In this document: positions 24,937-38,249 of the stretch, piece by piece
How positions within the stretch are numbered: position 1 is the first letter of the stretch
Layout: every line of letters begins with the position of its first letter
Assembly (NCBI GenBank): GCA_964188305.1
Contig: OZ076886.1
From: Podarcis bocagei
Lineage: Eukaryota
DNA length: 64,000 nt
Strand: one strand, 5' to 3'
Translations under genes and position numbers: made by a program
Notes under the pieces: model-generated
What the model was told of the DNA's origin: nothing
Seen by the model: the letters and a program-made list of their open reading frames with translations, nothing else
The model's database searches: none

Positions 24937-25458
24937 CAGTGTTTCCCAACCGGTGTTCCGCGGCACACGAGTGTGCCGTGAGACATCGGCTGGTGTGCCG
25001 CGAGATGCCTGGAGGGAGGCGGGCGAGTCGGGCGGCGAGAGGCGGGGCGGCGGCGGCGAGGAGAGGCCGCGCCTCCTGCTGCTGCCTGGCGCTCCTCCTC
25101 GCAGCCGGCAGCGCTGCCTGGGCGCCTCCGCGCGACTCTGCCTCGCTGGGTTTGGTCTCCCAGCAGAGACGGGTCACACGCGCACCTCCCTCCCTCCCTC
25201 AGCCTGCGCGGAGGGAGAGCCAGAGAGAGGCATCGCTCCTGCGCGGCGGGAGAGGGAGCAGCCGGAGCGATGCCCCAAACGAGCTGAATTCCGAGCGAGG
25301 GACTGAGGGGGGAGGGAAAAAACTTTCACTTTCGTGCGTCCCTCCCGGCGTGACGCTGCGCGCTGACGTCACGGGGCGGGGCTTTAATGGTGGTGTGCCG
25401 CGAGATTTTTTTTCAGTAAACAGGTGTGCCGTTGCCCAAAAAAGTTTGGGAAACACTG
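24937..25458. mobile_element. hAT (Charlie-like) MITE, CpG-rich
   Basis: TIRs CAGTGTTTCCCAA / TTGGGAAACACTG; perfect 8-bp TSD GCCTATAC (24929-24936, 25459-25466); subterminal GTGTGCCG motifs. Confidence 0.9.
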
Positions 25459-25470
25459 GCCTATACTATA

Positions 25471-25586
25471 TAGAATCATAGAGTTGGAAGGAACTATGAG
25501 GACCATCTAGTTCAACGCCCTGAAATGCAGGAGCTCAAACTCACAACCCTGAGATTAAGAGTCTCATGCTATAATAACTGGACTAT
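25471..25586 (-). mobile_element. Short tRNA/CR1-tail SINE fragment
   Basis: TAGAATCATAGAGTTGGAAGG tail plus head remnant CTCAAACTCACAACCCTGAGATTAAGAGTC. Confidence 0.65.
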
Positions 25587-26185
25587 CATTCGCCTAACAA
25601 TATGGGGATGTTAAAGCTGGGAGGAAAGCACAAGGGACACATTTTCCCTTCCCCACTCTCCAAATCGCATTATACTCAGGACCTTGTGTTTTACTTTTTT
25701 TAAAAAAGTCCAATATCATGCACAAAGCAGCCCTGAAATACATTTTTACATTAAGGCCATGGTTAAATGATATAAATCACAGCTAGGCATTATGTCTGCA
25801 CAAACCCATTGCCTTTGCATGCAATCCCTTTCCTCCTCACTTCCCAGCTTGCCAGAATTAAACCAGGAAATCTTTATTAAAAAAACAACCATGTGGTTGT
25901 GTGAAAACTGGGAAGCAACAGACACGAGGTTTGGAACAAACCAGCATTTTCAACCAACTTCAAACCCTCAGGAAGGGAGAAGGAAAGAAGCTGCAAACAT
26001 GAGCACAAAGCTTCCTAACACCTCAGTTTATTAAGTCATGATATGACCATCCAAACACAGCCTCTGTCTCTCTGCAAGTTTTCACCTTCAGCTAGCAAAA
26101 TGATAAGACTAGCAAAATGGTATAAAATTATGTTGCTGATTAGGCACCCTGGGATGCCACTGAGCAAACTGGTGCACATGAAACA

Positions 26186-26186
<1 letters not shown>

Positions 26187-26230
<44 letters not shown>
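26187..26230. repeat. (AC)n microsatellite
   Basis: Pure dinucleotide run. Confidence 0.95.
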
Positions 26231-26233
<3 letters not shown>

Positions 26234-27329
26234 CCTCACTGATAAATGAGCTATAATATCCAGCTGATAGCAGGGATGGAGCATGTAATCTATTACTCCA
26301 CATCTCATCTTGACCCCTGTTATATTATCTTCTGCCCAGTACCACTGGAAAATAATGGATGTTATACATATTGCAGGAAGAGCAACAGCCTTCCCAAAGA
26401 CTAATATTCCGTTGCTTTCACAACATGTACTAAAAATTCCAGACATTGCCAGATGTGGGCATATTTCAAGAGCAGACTGGTTTGGGGGAATAGTTCCAAG
26501 GCAACCTCTGAGATTTCCCCCCTCTTTCATATTAATATATACTCTAAAAATACTAACACAATTAACTTTTAAAACCTCACCACCACACACTTCCAAATTC
26601 TTCCCCTCAGCTCCTGTGCGAACCCTTCTCCCTATAGTCATCTAGAAACACTTTCAGTTTCTGCTTCTTCCAGAAAATTCGGCCAGCATCCCAGAACTCC
26701 TGTCTTAACACAGTTAATCCCATCTTATTTTGCTTTCTGAAAAATAATGTATACAAAATATGCCGAAAACAATATGCCTCCTATGTCTCAGAGCAAAGAT
26801 AATGCAAATATTCCCAAATACTGCGAACACAGAACATATTATAGGCTTTGCAAATTCCTGCCAGCCATCCCATGCATTTTTCTGCATGGAGAAGCGCTTC
26901 TTGTTTGGAAAACAACATTTTTAAAAAAAATGTTAAACAAAGATAAGGCACTTGGAAAGACTTTCTAAATCATCACTTGAACTTTCGCCTACATAGAACC
27001 AACATCCTGTCAGTCAGAATGAATGGAAAGATGTGCACATGACTTTCACAACCACAACATTACATCACATTATACGGTGGGTGCAACAGTGAATGATGCA
27101 TGGGATCAGCTGTTTAATGCGGCGTCTGCAACTCTCTGCCGCTATAGAAAAACTGTATTCGTGACTAAAATGAGACAGAAATAAAAGTAGGGATAATGCT
27201 TCTGCAGAAGCTAATTCAGGAATTAGCACTTTTAAGTGATGACACACAGAACACTGAACATTGTGCTTATTGCATTTATGTCTCACTTTATTGCATTCAT
27301 GTCCCACTTTTTTGTCCATGGTTCACTCC

Positions 27330-27585
27330 CCTTCTCAGTTAATCCATACAACAACCCATTGAGGTACGATAAGAGGCTGTGGCTGGTCCAAGGTCACCCA
27401 CTGAGCTTCATGACTTGAGTAGGGATTTGAACCCTGATCTTCCAGGTCCTAGTCTGACACTCTAACCACTGCACCACATCTTAGCTGTCAACTTTTCCCT
27501 TTTCTTGCGAGGAATCCTATTTGGAATAAGGGAATTTCCCCTTTAAAAAGGGAAATGTTGACAGCCATGCACCACATTGGCTTCC
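27330..27585 (-). mobile_element. MIR-like CORE SINE interrupted by a palindromic MITE of about 90 bp (about 27477-27569)
   Basis: CCAAGGTCACCC CORE motif and GGATTTGAACCC B-box; insert bounded by GCTGTCAAC...GTTGACAGC, with CACCA repeated on both sides. Confidence 0.6.
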
Positions 27586-30298
27586 TAGATTATTTCTGTT
27601 ATGCTATGAGCTAAATTAAGTAGGTAAATAAATATGGGGAAAGCAAAATGTTACTTGGAGAAGGATCTGAAATATTTTCCTTGAAGATATTATTATTATT
27701 AATAATAATAATAATTTGTACCCCGCCCATCTGCTTCCACAAAGACCAAAAATACCCTAATATATCATACATTAAAAATCCATTATTCTGGATAGTTTTA
27801 TTTGACGTTTTCATGTGTTGTAAACCACTTTAAGATTTTTTCTTTAAAATATAAAGTGGTATAGAAATGAAATTAATAATAATAATAATAGTGATCAAAA
27901 AGAGATTTAAAAAAGATCAGGATGATGGGTTTCAAAGAGAAAGTATTGGCAGCACAGCATAATAAAATGGATGTGAATTATAGAACACAAATACATAGAT
28001 CATTATACATTTATGAGTATATCTTCCATGCGTTTTATTTCACTTATATACTGTTTTTCAGGTGTAAGCAATATTTCAAAGTAGTTATGATTATATTAAG
28101 CTAGAACATCATCACCAACAAAAAGTTACTGCCAGACAGGAATTCAACAACCAGGTTGGACTGAACTAACAGAAAGAACTGAATATTGGGAGAATATTTT
28201 AAATTCATTGTGAGGATCGCTAGCTTTCTTTCTTTTCAAGCTGGTGATATAAAATAGTAGAGGAACATGGTGCCTAACCTAACCCAAAAAGTAAAGGATA
28301 ATGGAAGATAGCCCAGTTCTAATACACTTACTTGGAAGTAAACCCCACTGAACTCAGTGAGATTTATATCCAAGAAGACATGCATAGTATTGCACAGCAA
28401 ATCAAAGTGATGAAGGTGTATTCATTTTAGTTATAAAGGTTTGAATGTACTCAGGTTTTCCCAGATGCCTCACAAAGGGTTAAGGTGGGGAGAAAGATTA
28501 GCAACCAGAGGTAATTTCATGAAATATGTGGTTGATATATTGACTACCAGCACTATCAAGCAGTCAGTTATCGCATTAAGTAGTACACAACCCACTCAGC
28601 ATCATATAGCCATCAGGAGCTGAAATCTCTGGGCTCACTCAACACTGATAGATAATAATTAGCCCATGGCCAGCATAGAAGGCAGCTGTTACTATATTTT
28701 GGAACTTATGTGTTTTTTTGTTCTTGGTGTTTTTACTGCATATTTTCTCATGTACTTTAAAATGCGGAAGGTGATTCATAACAATAAATAAATAAATAAA
28801 TTTTGTTATCTGTGTGGATTTCTGAGTTATGAAAGACTGGTGTTCTGGTCAGAATACCAGTGTTCTGGCCAGAATAATTATTTCAAAATATGTCAGGTCT
28901 TGTCTCAGTTTTCATCCTCAATCCATGCAGGAACAGCAGGATCATACTGAAGAATGAATAATAAAGTTTTATCTTAAGAGATTCTTGGAAGGACGGAACT
29001 CTGTTTTTAAATACACAGTATGAACTTCTGCTCTTATGCTTATTTTACTCATGAGTAAGGCTCACTAATTGTTCTGGGACTCACTGGTTGTTATTGGAAA
29101 AAGGATATCAACTTTTACTGTTGATGGGTTCAGAATCTACATGCATGTGTTTGATGTTTCATAAGATACAGCCTTAGAAACCCTTCACTGGTTGTACCCA
29201 CACTAAGAGAAACTAACAATCAAACACGGAACCCAGGTACAAATATGGTCCACAGTATCTGGCCGCACTGCTGGTGTAATATGCAGGTTTGTGTCATCCA
29301 ATAACTGTAGCGGTTAAGTACTAAGTCCTTATTTTGCTGGAGTAGCAAGCCCGGCAATCAATCAAAAACTTAAGTTCTGTTCATAGAAGCATAGTATGTA
29401 AAGTTGGAAGGGACCCTGGGGGTCATTTCAATAAGGTTTGAGCTTAGCTAGCTCCCTCTCACTGTAGACTTCCAAAAAGAAATAACTGCCATGGGGAGGG
29501 AGGGTCTTGTGCAAATAAATATTAGAAAATGTGTGTCACCTTTTCCTTAAGCTCCTAATAGAGATAATCAAACTGCTTGTGCTGTAAAACCTGTTCTTCT
29601 GACCATCACTGCTTCAATTATCAGCCAGTTACAAAAGCCTGTAATTAACATTTTTCTTTTCATATCACCTGGCTTGAAGTCACAAACAGCCTTGTGTTAT
29701 TAAGATCCAAATCTCTTTCACAATTTTGATGCAAAAAGGACCCCAAAAGCATTATTTGAAATGATAATTTAGCATATATATGGAATATTCAAGAAGCTAC
29801 AGAATATCATATGTTCAAAAAGAAAAAGAAAAAAACCCACATCTCACTGTCAAGGTGCTTAAAGAAGTCCTACCCTTCCCAACATTTATATACCCTATAG
29901 CAGGGGTAATCTACATTTTGGGAGAGTAACTGTCCCACTGCAGCACTGTGGCATAAGAAAGCCTTTCCCGGGGGGGGGGGGAATTAAGTGCAGTACATTG
30001 ACAAAAGCACATATTTTGCATGCATAAGGCTCCAACGCACGCGTTTCAAGGACCAGAGCTGGGAATGATCTCTGCCTGAGTCCCTGAAGAGCACCTGTCA
30101 GAATACTGAGGTCAACTAATAAATACTCTGATTTAGTATGTAAGTCAGCTCCTGATAGCATTGGTGTGGTGCTCACTTCAAAGCCAAGCAGGAAGTGCAT
30201 TCACTTCAAAATCCTACAATTTTGTTCAGTAGTTCAGTACGTCTCTACTGTATCTGCTTTCTAGTATATACAGCTAGAAGAGAAGTGTTACCACTTTG

Positions 30299-30547
30299 GA
30301 AGAAGAAGATTTTGGATTTGATATCCTGCTTTATCACTACCCGAAGGAGTCTCAAAGTGGCTAACAATCTCCTTTCCCTTCCTCCCCCACAACAAGCACT
30401 CTGTGACGTGAGGGAGGCTGAGAGACTTCAAATAAGTGTGACTAGCCCAAGGTCACCCAGCAGCTGCATGTGGAGGAGCGGGGAATCAAACCTGGTTCAC
30501 CAGATTACGAGTCCACTGCTCTTAACCACTACACCACACTGACTCTC
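30299..30547 (-). mobile_element. tRNA/CORE SINE (Squam3-like)
   Basis: Reverse complement of the 9706 family with a (GAA)n tail. Confidence 0.88.
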
Positions 30548-30797
30548 AGTGCCCTCAATCTTTCCCAACATCAGGGTCTTTTCCAGGGAGTCTTCTCTTC
30601 TCATGATGTGGCTTTCCAGTGAGCACCCAGGGCTGATTTCCTTCAGAATGGATAGGTTTGATCTTCTTGCAGTCCATGGGACTCTCAAGAGTCTCCTCCA
30701 GCACCTCCAGCACCAATCAATCAATCAATCAATCAATCAGTCAATCAAAAGCATCAATTCTTTGGCGATCAGCCTTCTTTATGGTCCAGCACTCACT
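30548..30797 (-). mobile_element. Internal RTE-BovB fragment abutting the SINE head
   Basis: Encodes WCWRRLLRVPWTARRSNLSILKEISP...MRREDSLEKTLMLGKIEG; contains an (AATC)n expansion and an internal deletion. Confidence 0.85.
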
Positions 30798-31652
30798 GGA
30801 CCATCTATTATTATCTTTAAAATCACCCTACCTCCCTGCATATAGAAAAATGCCGTATCTGGATGAAGCCCTGAGAGGTTCCTTTTGTTTGTGCAGTGAG
30901 GTTTAAAACAAACAAACAAACAAACAAACAAACAAACACAGTAGCATTCAACTTGTATGTGAACTGACCTATAAGCTGAAGTGACATAGTTTAGGAAAAG
31001 CTTCATTACTTGATTCTCTAGTTATCTAGGAACAGGTTTTTATTCTCAACAGTTTCTAATGGGTTTTAAAAGATGCATTCAGAGAAATATAGCTGGAAGA
31101 TCCATGGCTGAATATTTTCCTGTTCAACAGGAATGAAGATCAAGAGAAACCTACAGTTATCCCACTCAGACATGAGAAAGAATAAAGGAATCCCAGATCC
31201 TCAGGCAATTTGTTATCATCACTGCTGAGCTGTAAAACAGCATGAGAAAACTTATTTTACAATCCTCCACACCTATGAATAAATTTGACCACTCTGCTAC
31301 AACAAGACAGTGGTTTGATGACCAACAGACAGCAGAAACTATTCTAACCTGCAAACGTGTTACATACATTAATCTAAAATTACTCACTCTCCAAAGCTGT
31401 ATTCCTGTCTAGAATCGCCGCCACCCACGCCAAACGCCAAATAATACAACATGAAAACATACATTCCTCACTGAAAATATTTCAGAGTTTCTAAATATTA
31501 AGAATATTGCTTAATTCAATCAGAATAATTTAAATAGAAACACTGGAGGGATTTAAAACAAAACAAAACAAAAACAACTTTTGGTTTGGGTCATAGTAAG
31601 AAAGGAAGGACAGAAGGGGTGCATAGAATACTCGGGAACAGCAACAGATATA

Positions 31653-31894
31653 CAGTGGTACCTTGGGTTACATATGCTTCAGGTTACATACGCTTCAGGT
31701 TACAGACTCCGCTAACCCAGAAATAGTACCTCGGGTTAAGAACTTTGCTTCAGGATGAGAACAGAAATCGTGCTCTGGCGGCGCGGCAGCAGCAGGAAGC
31801 CCCATTAGCTAAAGTGGTACCTCAGGTTAAAAACAGTTTCAGGTTAAGAACGGACCTCCAGAACGAATTAAGTACTTAACCTGAGGTACCACTG
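31653..31894 (+). mobile_element. Tigger/pogo-type MITE (same family as 16958)
   Basis: TA|CAGTGGTACC...GGTACCACTG|TA. Confidence 0.9.
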
Positions 31895-33219
31895 TATAAA
31901 GCAGCAGGACGGGGCCATGATAAGAGACTGGCACCTTTGATGGATGCACATGAAAATGGAAAAGCATTACTTTCCTGTGATTTTTGAACTTTCGCAGAAC
32001 CAGAATGCACACAGACTTCTGTCTCCAACTATGCATCAAACTACATAAGACAGCAACTTATATGATATCCCCATTTAAAAACAAATAAAAACAAATAAAA
32101 CAACAACAAAACAAAACACAGTCATAGGAGGTTGGAAGGGGGGGGGACTCTTCACTTCTTCACTTCCCCAAATTCTACAACCCCTACCCACAAGCTGCTT
32201 TGCTACCACCTGGAAGGAGGGGGGGGGGACAGGGTCCTCAGAAACCTTTTCCCCATGAGTGGAAAAGTGGCATGTGAAGCGGTCAAACTGCAGAGAGTGA
32301 AAGGGTTAAGCCACCCCTCCCCACCTCATTTGTTCCTCAGCGCAGCTTCCAGCAGTTGCTCTGTGGCTAGAAAACTGCATTTGGTCTGGAGGAAGAATCT
32401 CAGGGCTGGTCATGTCAGCGGCCCTATGAAACTCGGACACGCCACATGAGGGACGTGCATGTGCTGTGAGGTGTGGCGGGGGGGGGGCCCTGCATCCAAT
32501 CCTATTCTTGAAACCCCTATTACAGCAATGGACAACCGAGTTCATCTCTGAGGGCTAGATCAGAAGATACAATAAGCCGCAGGCCATGGCTAATCTGAAT
32601 TTCTTTCCCCCCTGAAATTAACATAACTCACATACCACTGTCACCATGGATGCCAAAGTAGAGTACAAATGTATTTATTCAAAATATATTTATTTCGGCA
32701 GAAAAACAAAACCTGATGCGAGACAGCTTATTGCAGATTTAAAAACCACAGTCAGAATATTCACATCACCTCAGACACAAGTCCTTTCAATGGAAACTGC
32801 TCATATGCTGGTCTGCAGCAGTGTGTGTTTGTGTGATAGGCACACCAGTGTGAATCATTCCTTAGTTTCGCCTCAGATTTATCTTTCTATCTGTGGTAGT
32901 TTTGCTATGCTAAAAAAACCAAACCCTAATACTGTTACAATAATGAATAGATGGACCAAAGCTTTCTTCTCCTTTTTTTTTTTAAAAAAAAAACATTGCT
33001 AATTATCAACCAGCAATGTAGCAAGTAAATGACTTGTTGTTCAGTAAGATGGGACTTTGGGATTCGTAGTATTGAATTCATAGACTTTGTCCTGGCTCTG
33101 TAAAGACTGCCTGGTATGCAGATGATATGCTTAGTCATGAGGAAAAGAGGTGGCTTCGGCATGTCTTTGGACCATCACCAGTCCATCGATTGATTTTAGG
33201 AGTTCATGAGTCGAATGAG

Positions 33220-33354
33220 TCAGGTAGCTCAGCTGGTAGAGCCTTAGACTCTTAATCACTGGGTTGTGAGTTCGAGCCCCCCTGTTGGGAAAAAGATTCC
33301 TTCATTGGACTAGAATGAAATCTCGGGGTCCTTTCCAGCTCTGTGATTCTATGA
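33220..33354 (+). mobile_element. Short tRNA-derived SINE with CR1-type tail
   Basis: A-box TAGCTCAGCTGG, B-box GTTCGAGCCC, end CCTTTCCAGCTCTGTGATTCTATGA. Confidence 0.75.
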
Positions 33355-33571
33355 GCCAGATGTTTTATACAGCTAAAAAAGACTGATGGGGTGTTAACCC
33401 TTCAAAAGGCTCTTATACACTGCCACACACTATTGCGTCTCACAAAACAATGCAGGCTTGCTGGCAAAGTTGCATGTTGTAGTGCAGCTTCACACTGTAC
33501 ATTCTCTAATACCATCTACACATAGCAGTTCCTGTAAGGCTATAAAATTGTTCAGTCACAGACATCTTCAT

Positions 33572-33579
33572 TAATAATG

Positions 33580-33643
<64 letters not shown>
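33572..33643. repeat. (AAT)n microsatellite
   Basis: Trinucleotide run; others at 15226-15256 and 34589-34633. Confidence 0.95.
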
Positions 33644-33646
<3 letters not shown>

Positions 33647-34028
33647 CTACTATTACTATTTCCTATGTCTTCATGGTACTGCAAATGGTTCAAGTATGTG
33701 TGGGGCAGTAGATAAGCATAGTCTTCTAACCTTAGAAACATAGGTTCACAATACTGGAAGTCATTATTCCTTCGCATCAATGTGAAATTGCCCATACCAA
33801 ATTTGCTATTTGCCCTTATTACTCAGTGTGCATACAGGCACATTTATCATTTACAAATATCAGCCTTCCCCCCCCCCCCAGCAGATGATTTCTATGTATA
33901 TTATAAGAAACAAATGTTTGTGGCCACTGACCCATATGTCTATTGAGGGAAAGCCCCTAATAACATTGACTTTGGCATTTTAAATGACTGTGCAAATCTC
34001 CCCTAGATTTCTGATTGTTGTGAAACTA

Positions 34029-34275
34029 GAAGAAGAGTTTGGATTTGATATCCTGCCTTTCACTCCCCTTCAGGAGTCTCAAAGCGGCTAACATTCTCCT
34101 TTTCCTTCCTCCCCCACACCAAACACTCTGTGAGGTGAGTGGGGCTGAGAGACTTCAGAGAAGCGTGACTGGCCCAAGGTCACCCAGCAGCTGCATGTGG
34201 AGGAGCGGAGACACGAACCCGGTTCCCCAGATTACGAGACTACTGCTCTTAACCACTGCACCACACTGGCTCTCT
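34029..34275 (-). mobile_element. tRNA/CORE SINE (Squam3-like)
   Basis: Same family as 9706 and 30299. Confidence 0.88.
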
Positions 34276-34586
34276 AGAATATAAACTATTATATTCTATT
34301 CCAAAGGTTTTTTTTTATGTATGTGGAGCAGATAAATACTTCACTCCTGTCAGTCCCTTTGCATGTGTCCAAAGGATTACAAGCATGCGTTGCAGATTTT
34401 ATTTCCTTTCTCCTAAGAGAAAGTCTTCAGGATCACACCAGAAGCTGCTTTTTAATGCCACACAGAAAAAAGAAACAAACAAACAAACAAACAAAAAAGC
34501 TTTTGATGATGGTGGTGGGATGGAAGTCTCTGTTTCAACACAAAACATATATCTTCCCCTGTGCATTTCTGGGCTGCAGCCACTTT

Positions 34587-34633
<47 letters not shown>

Positions 34634-37120
34634 TGGGAGGATGTAGTGTGCCATACTTTGGGGTACTTTGTGAGACTATATTAGCTGATTACTTCCCAAT
34701 TCCTGCAGTAGGAATTAATTCCAATGGTAATTCATTTTTCAAACCTTGTCTACATATCTCAAGGTGCAGAAGTAAAAGTTGCAGTAACATCTCTTTAACT
34801 CAATCTGTGATGGAAACTTTGTGACTTGAGAAAGTGCAAAGAAGTTTCAAGGAAGCAATACTAGCCCTTGACACGAGTAGCTTAGGTAATGGGTACAACT
34901 GCAGAGTCCACTCAGTTCATTCTGATAAACCACTTCAGTTACCATCTTAAAACAGTTTGTACAATGAAAACTGCTATTGAAACAATAGCAAAACCAATTA
35001 TAGTACGTTCAGAGTGTATGTGTGTTCAGTCGTGTGTACTTTGCTGAATTAGTGCAAAAGGTGTAGATGCTTGCGGGAGTGAGCTTGTCAAATCATAGAA
35101 TCATAGAGCTGGAAGGAAAGCGGGCATGCATCAGCACAGAAGCAAATGTTATCTTTTGGCCAGGGCACACCCACATATCAGTCAATGGGATTGATCAATT
35201 TTTGCAAGTCAAAAAGTGTAGAGTCTCACAGATTGAGCCTCTGAAAACAACGGAATGAATGCTGGTCCACAGGTCACTTTAAACCACAGTTAAATTATGG
35301 TTTAATGGTGAATGTACAATGTACTGGTACATGGAGCAAAAAATTGTGAGTGCTTCACTCCTCTCCTACTCCTGCTGCCACACTGCTGAGAGTTAAAACC
35401 ATGGTTTGATTTAGTTTTATGTGTGTACAGTTTGTTTCTTTCCAAACTAAACAGGCTGCTAAACTTTGTTCTTTGCTTACTGCTTATGGTTTGTTTGGAG
35501 GAAACAAACTGTAAGCCTGGGCTCCAGTGTAATGCCAAGCCAAACCATGACTTAGCCCTCTGCAGCTAAGCTTAACTGTTGTAGGTATAAAGATTGGATA
35601 ATTCTGAGTTAGTTATCTAGAACGGTGATCTTCAGCAAACTTACTGAGAAATTCAATTTGAAAGTCAATATACTTATCCCAGAACTGCCATCCTATGCAC
35701 ACTTAGCTCAGGATACTTCTGACTAAACATGAACCAAACTGAGCTATAAGTGGATTTTGGATTAGAGTGTTTGAATCAAATTTACTGCAAAATATGTATT
35801 TCTGTGGCTCAGTTTGCACATAGCATTTTTCATGTGCACAGATAATCGTATACATGTCTACTCAGAGATAAGTGCCATTAAGTGAGATGGGACTTGTTTC
35901 CATGTAAGCATAGGATTGTAGCCTAAGTATAGAAAAAATGCAAAAAAACCCACAACCCACCCCTCTGCTTTCATGTATAAAAAAGGGTACAAATGTTTAT
36001 TATGCCACAGCTTACATAGGAACCAAGTGATTGCCTTAACTTTGTAATTAAATTGATTTCAGTGTGGACACGTGCTCCCATTTTTCACAAACAACTTTGT
36101 GGATATAATGGAACATACATTTGTGTAGAGTATCTATACCCTAACTATGCATCAGAGCTGCTATGGAACTTTTTGAAAAGTCTTGAAAAGCCAACATGAG
36201 CTATACCTTAAGAATAATGTTCCAGCATAGGAACAAACAGTAGGCTGGCTATCAACAATAAACCCATTTTCACTCACTTGTCAATAACATGGCGATAACA
36301 TTGGCTGCAATTTTATGTTCAATTTCCTTTTCGTGCTCTCGCTCACATTAAGAACTTTCACACATGGCACAACTTGTGGGAGAGTTTTTCAACTGTGTTT
36401 TTTTAGCTTCACAAGGGGAAACAGTCTTAGCCCAAGACAGCCAGTCTCTGGTGTAACGATCACTTTGACAGCTCACATTAAATAGGTGATTCACAAATCA
36501 ACCTGAGCATAGCTCTGTTGATATCACTGCACCCTAAACTCTTCCTCTCCCAGAATGCTGCATTGCACATATCTTCTTTTTTAAAAGACTTTGTTAAATT
36601 CCAAATTTATTGTTTGAAAAGGTGTTCAGATGGTATCCAACCTAGGTAATTTCAGAGTAGAAATTACCAACAGAAATGAAAAGCCCCAACTTAAGTCATG
36701 TTTGTTAATTTAAGTAGGTCTTCTCTAACACCAGTTGCAAGCCATATGTTTCTGAACAGCAGTTGTTATGTCATCCATTGTTATAACTCTTGTAGGGATA
36801 AGGACAGGAAATTTCAAGAGCATAATTTTTCATTAACAACCCTATATGTGAAGCTATCTGATTTTTCAGAAGCTGCCATCAAGAGCAATTACAGTTTTTA
36901 CATGAGGGGCTCCAGGCTCCAGGAAAAGAACAGTTTCCTCACCATATCACAACAACGTAAGGAGAAGAAACTGGTCCTCTGCCACAGCGGTATTAAATCA
37001 TGACCTTGTTACCACGGTGGATCATAACTCACACATATTGCCTCAAAGTTACAACACTAACAGGAACTTGCAGTCTATAGTGTATACTGCCCTAGGGAGA
37101 AATGACAGTGGGAAACTTAC

Positions 37121-37227
37121 AAAACACGCCTGCAGATTTGGGATATGACACCAAGGCATCATCTATTTCACAATGTATAATCTCTGTTGTGGCAGGATTA
37201 TACTTGGAACCTCGCTCATGCTCCTTG
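37121..37227 (-). other. Candidate second exon (107 nt) of the CpG-island transcript
   Basis: Acceptor TTTTTCTCTTTGCCTTCCAAACCACAG and donor TTT|GTAAGT; stays in frame with the exon-1 ATG. No homology recognised. Confidence 0.4.
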
Positions 37228-37807
37228 CTGTGGTTTGGAAGGCAAAGAGAAAAATTATGATTTAAAAAAAAAAAAATCCACCAGAAGTTTCAGCTAAATG
37301 AGGAAACAAACTTTCTCCCTTTCTCATCATCTTGACTAAACACATTCATTAGCACCACAGGTAGAAGAGGTGCCCTCTGAGTTTTTAGCATCCCAGATGG
37401 TGGACAAGTTTCTGCAAACAAACTGTCCTGCATTGTGGGCATATCCACCTGCGGCATAGGCAAACGAAAGCCCACTTAATGTATCACCTCCAAATAGCAC
37501 TTATATGTATATATAGCCCTTTCTTCCACATGATGAACGTAAACCACAGAGTTCTATAAGGATCACAGACAGAATTCCTATCAAGAATGCGTTCTCATTC
37601 CCATTACATGGTTCAGACCTGATGCAAAGGCAGGCCACATGTGTCCATCACCAATAGAGGTCTGGGAGATTTTATTCCCCCCATTTTCCGAAGGCAGTAC
37701 TTGCCAGGAAATTTTTTACCATCACCTCTCCCTTTTTTATCTGTATCTAGATTCTATCCCATTGGATTTCTTTAACCTGTAATTAACAATTATTTAATAG
37801 GTGGTAG

Positions 37808-37952
37808 CATGGGTGTAGCCAGGATATGTTGGGGGGCAGGCTTCATGTTAGGGGGTGGCAGAACCTCAGCTCGTTAAGCATTTTTATTAATTTACTTGAT
37901 TTTTGGGGGGAGGGGGACAGCTTCCCCCTGCCTCCCCTTGGCTATGCCCATG
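37808..37952. mobile_element. hAT-type MITE
   Basis: TIRs CATGGG(T/C)(G/A)TAGCCA; perfect 8-bp TSD GGTGGTAG (37800-37807, 37953-37960). Confidence 0.85.
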
Positions 37953-38249
37953 GGTGGTAGGTGTGAGCATGGCACAGGTAAAAACACACTCAACACTATG
38001 CCTGGAAACACAGAGACTTCTTCGCACTAAATGAGTTCAGAGTCTACTTCTGGACGTCATGTAAGCGATTCCCCAAGCCCTAGTGGCCCCCGACCCCAAC
38101 CATACCTGCTCCTTTCAACCTCCCAGCCCACCCTTCAGAAACCTCAGTCTCTGTCTCATTCCCTACAAAACTTTCTGAGAGCAAGTGAGTTCTGCTCTCC
38201 CAGACGACCATTCAGTATATAGGCAGCCTTCCCATTCCCCGCTCTCTCA

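Noticed and set aside
24836-25481. ORFs of 113-201 aa
   Set aside because: They lie over a GC-rich hAT MITE and show no transposase motifs.
33220-33300. tRNA-like sequences here and at 9706 and 49140
   Set aside because: These are SINE heads followed by LINE-derived tails, with no complete cloverleaf.
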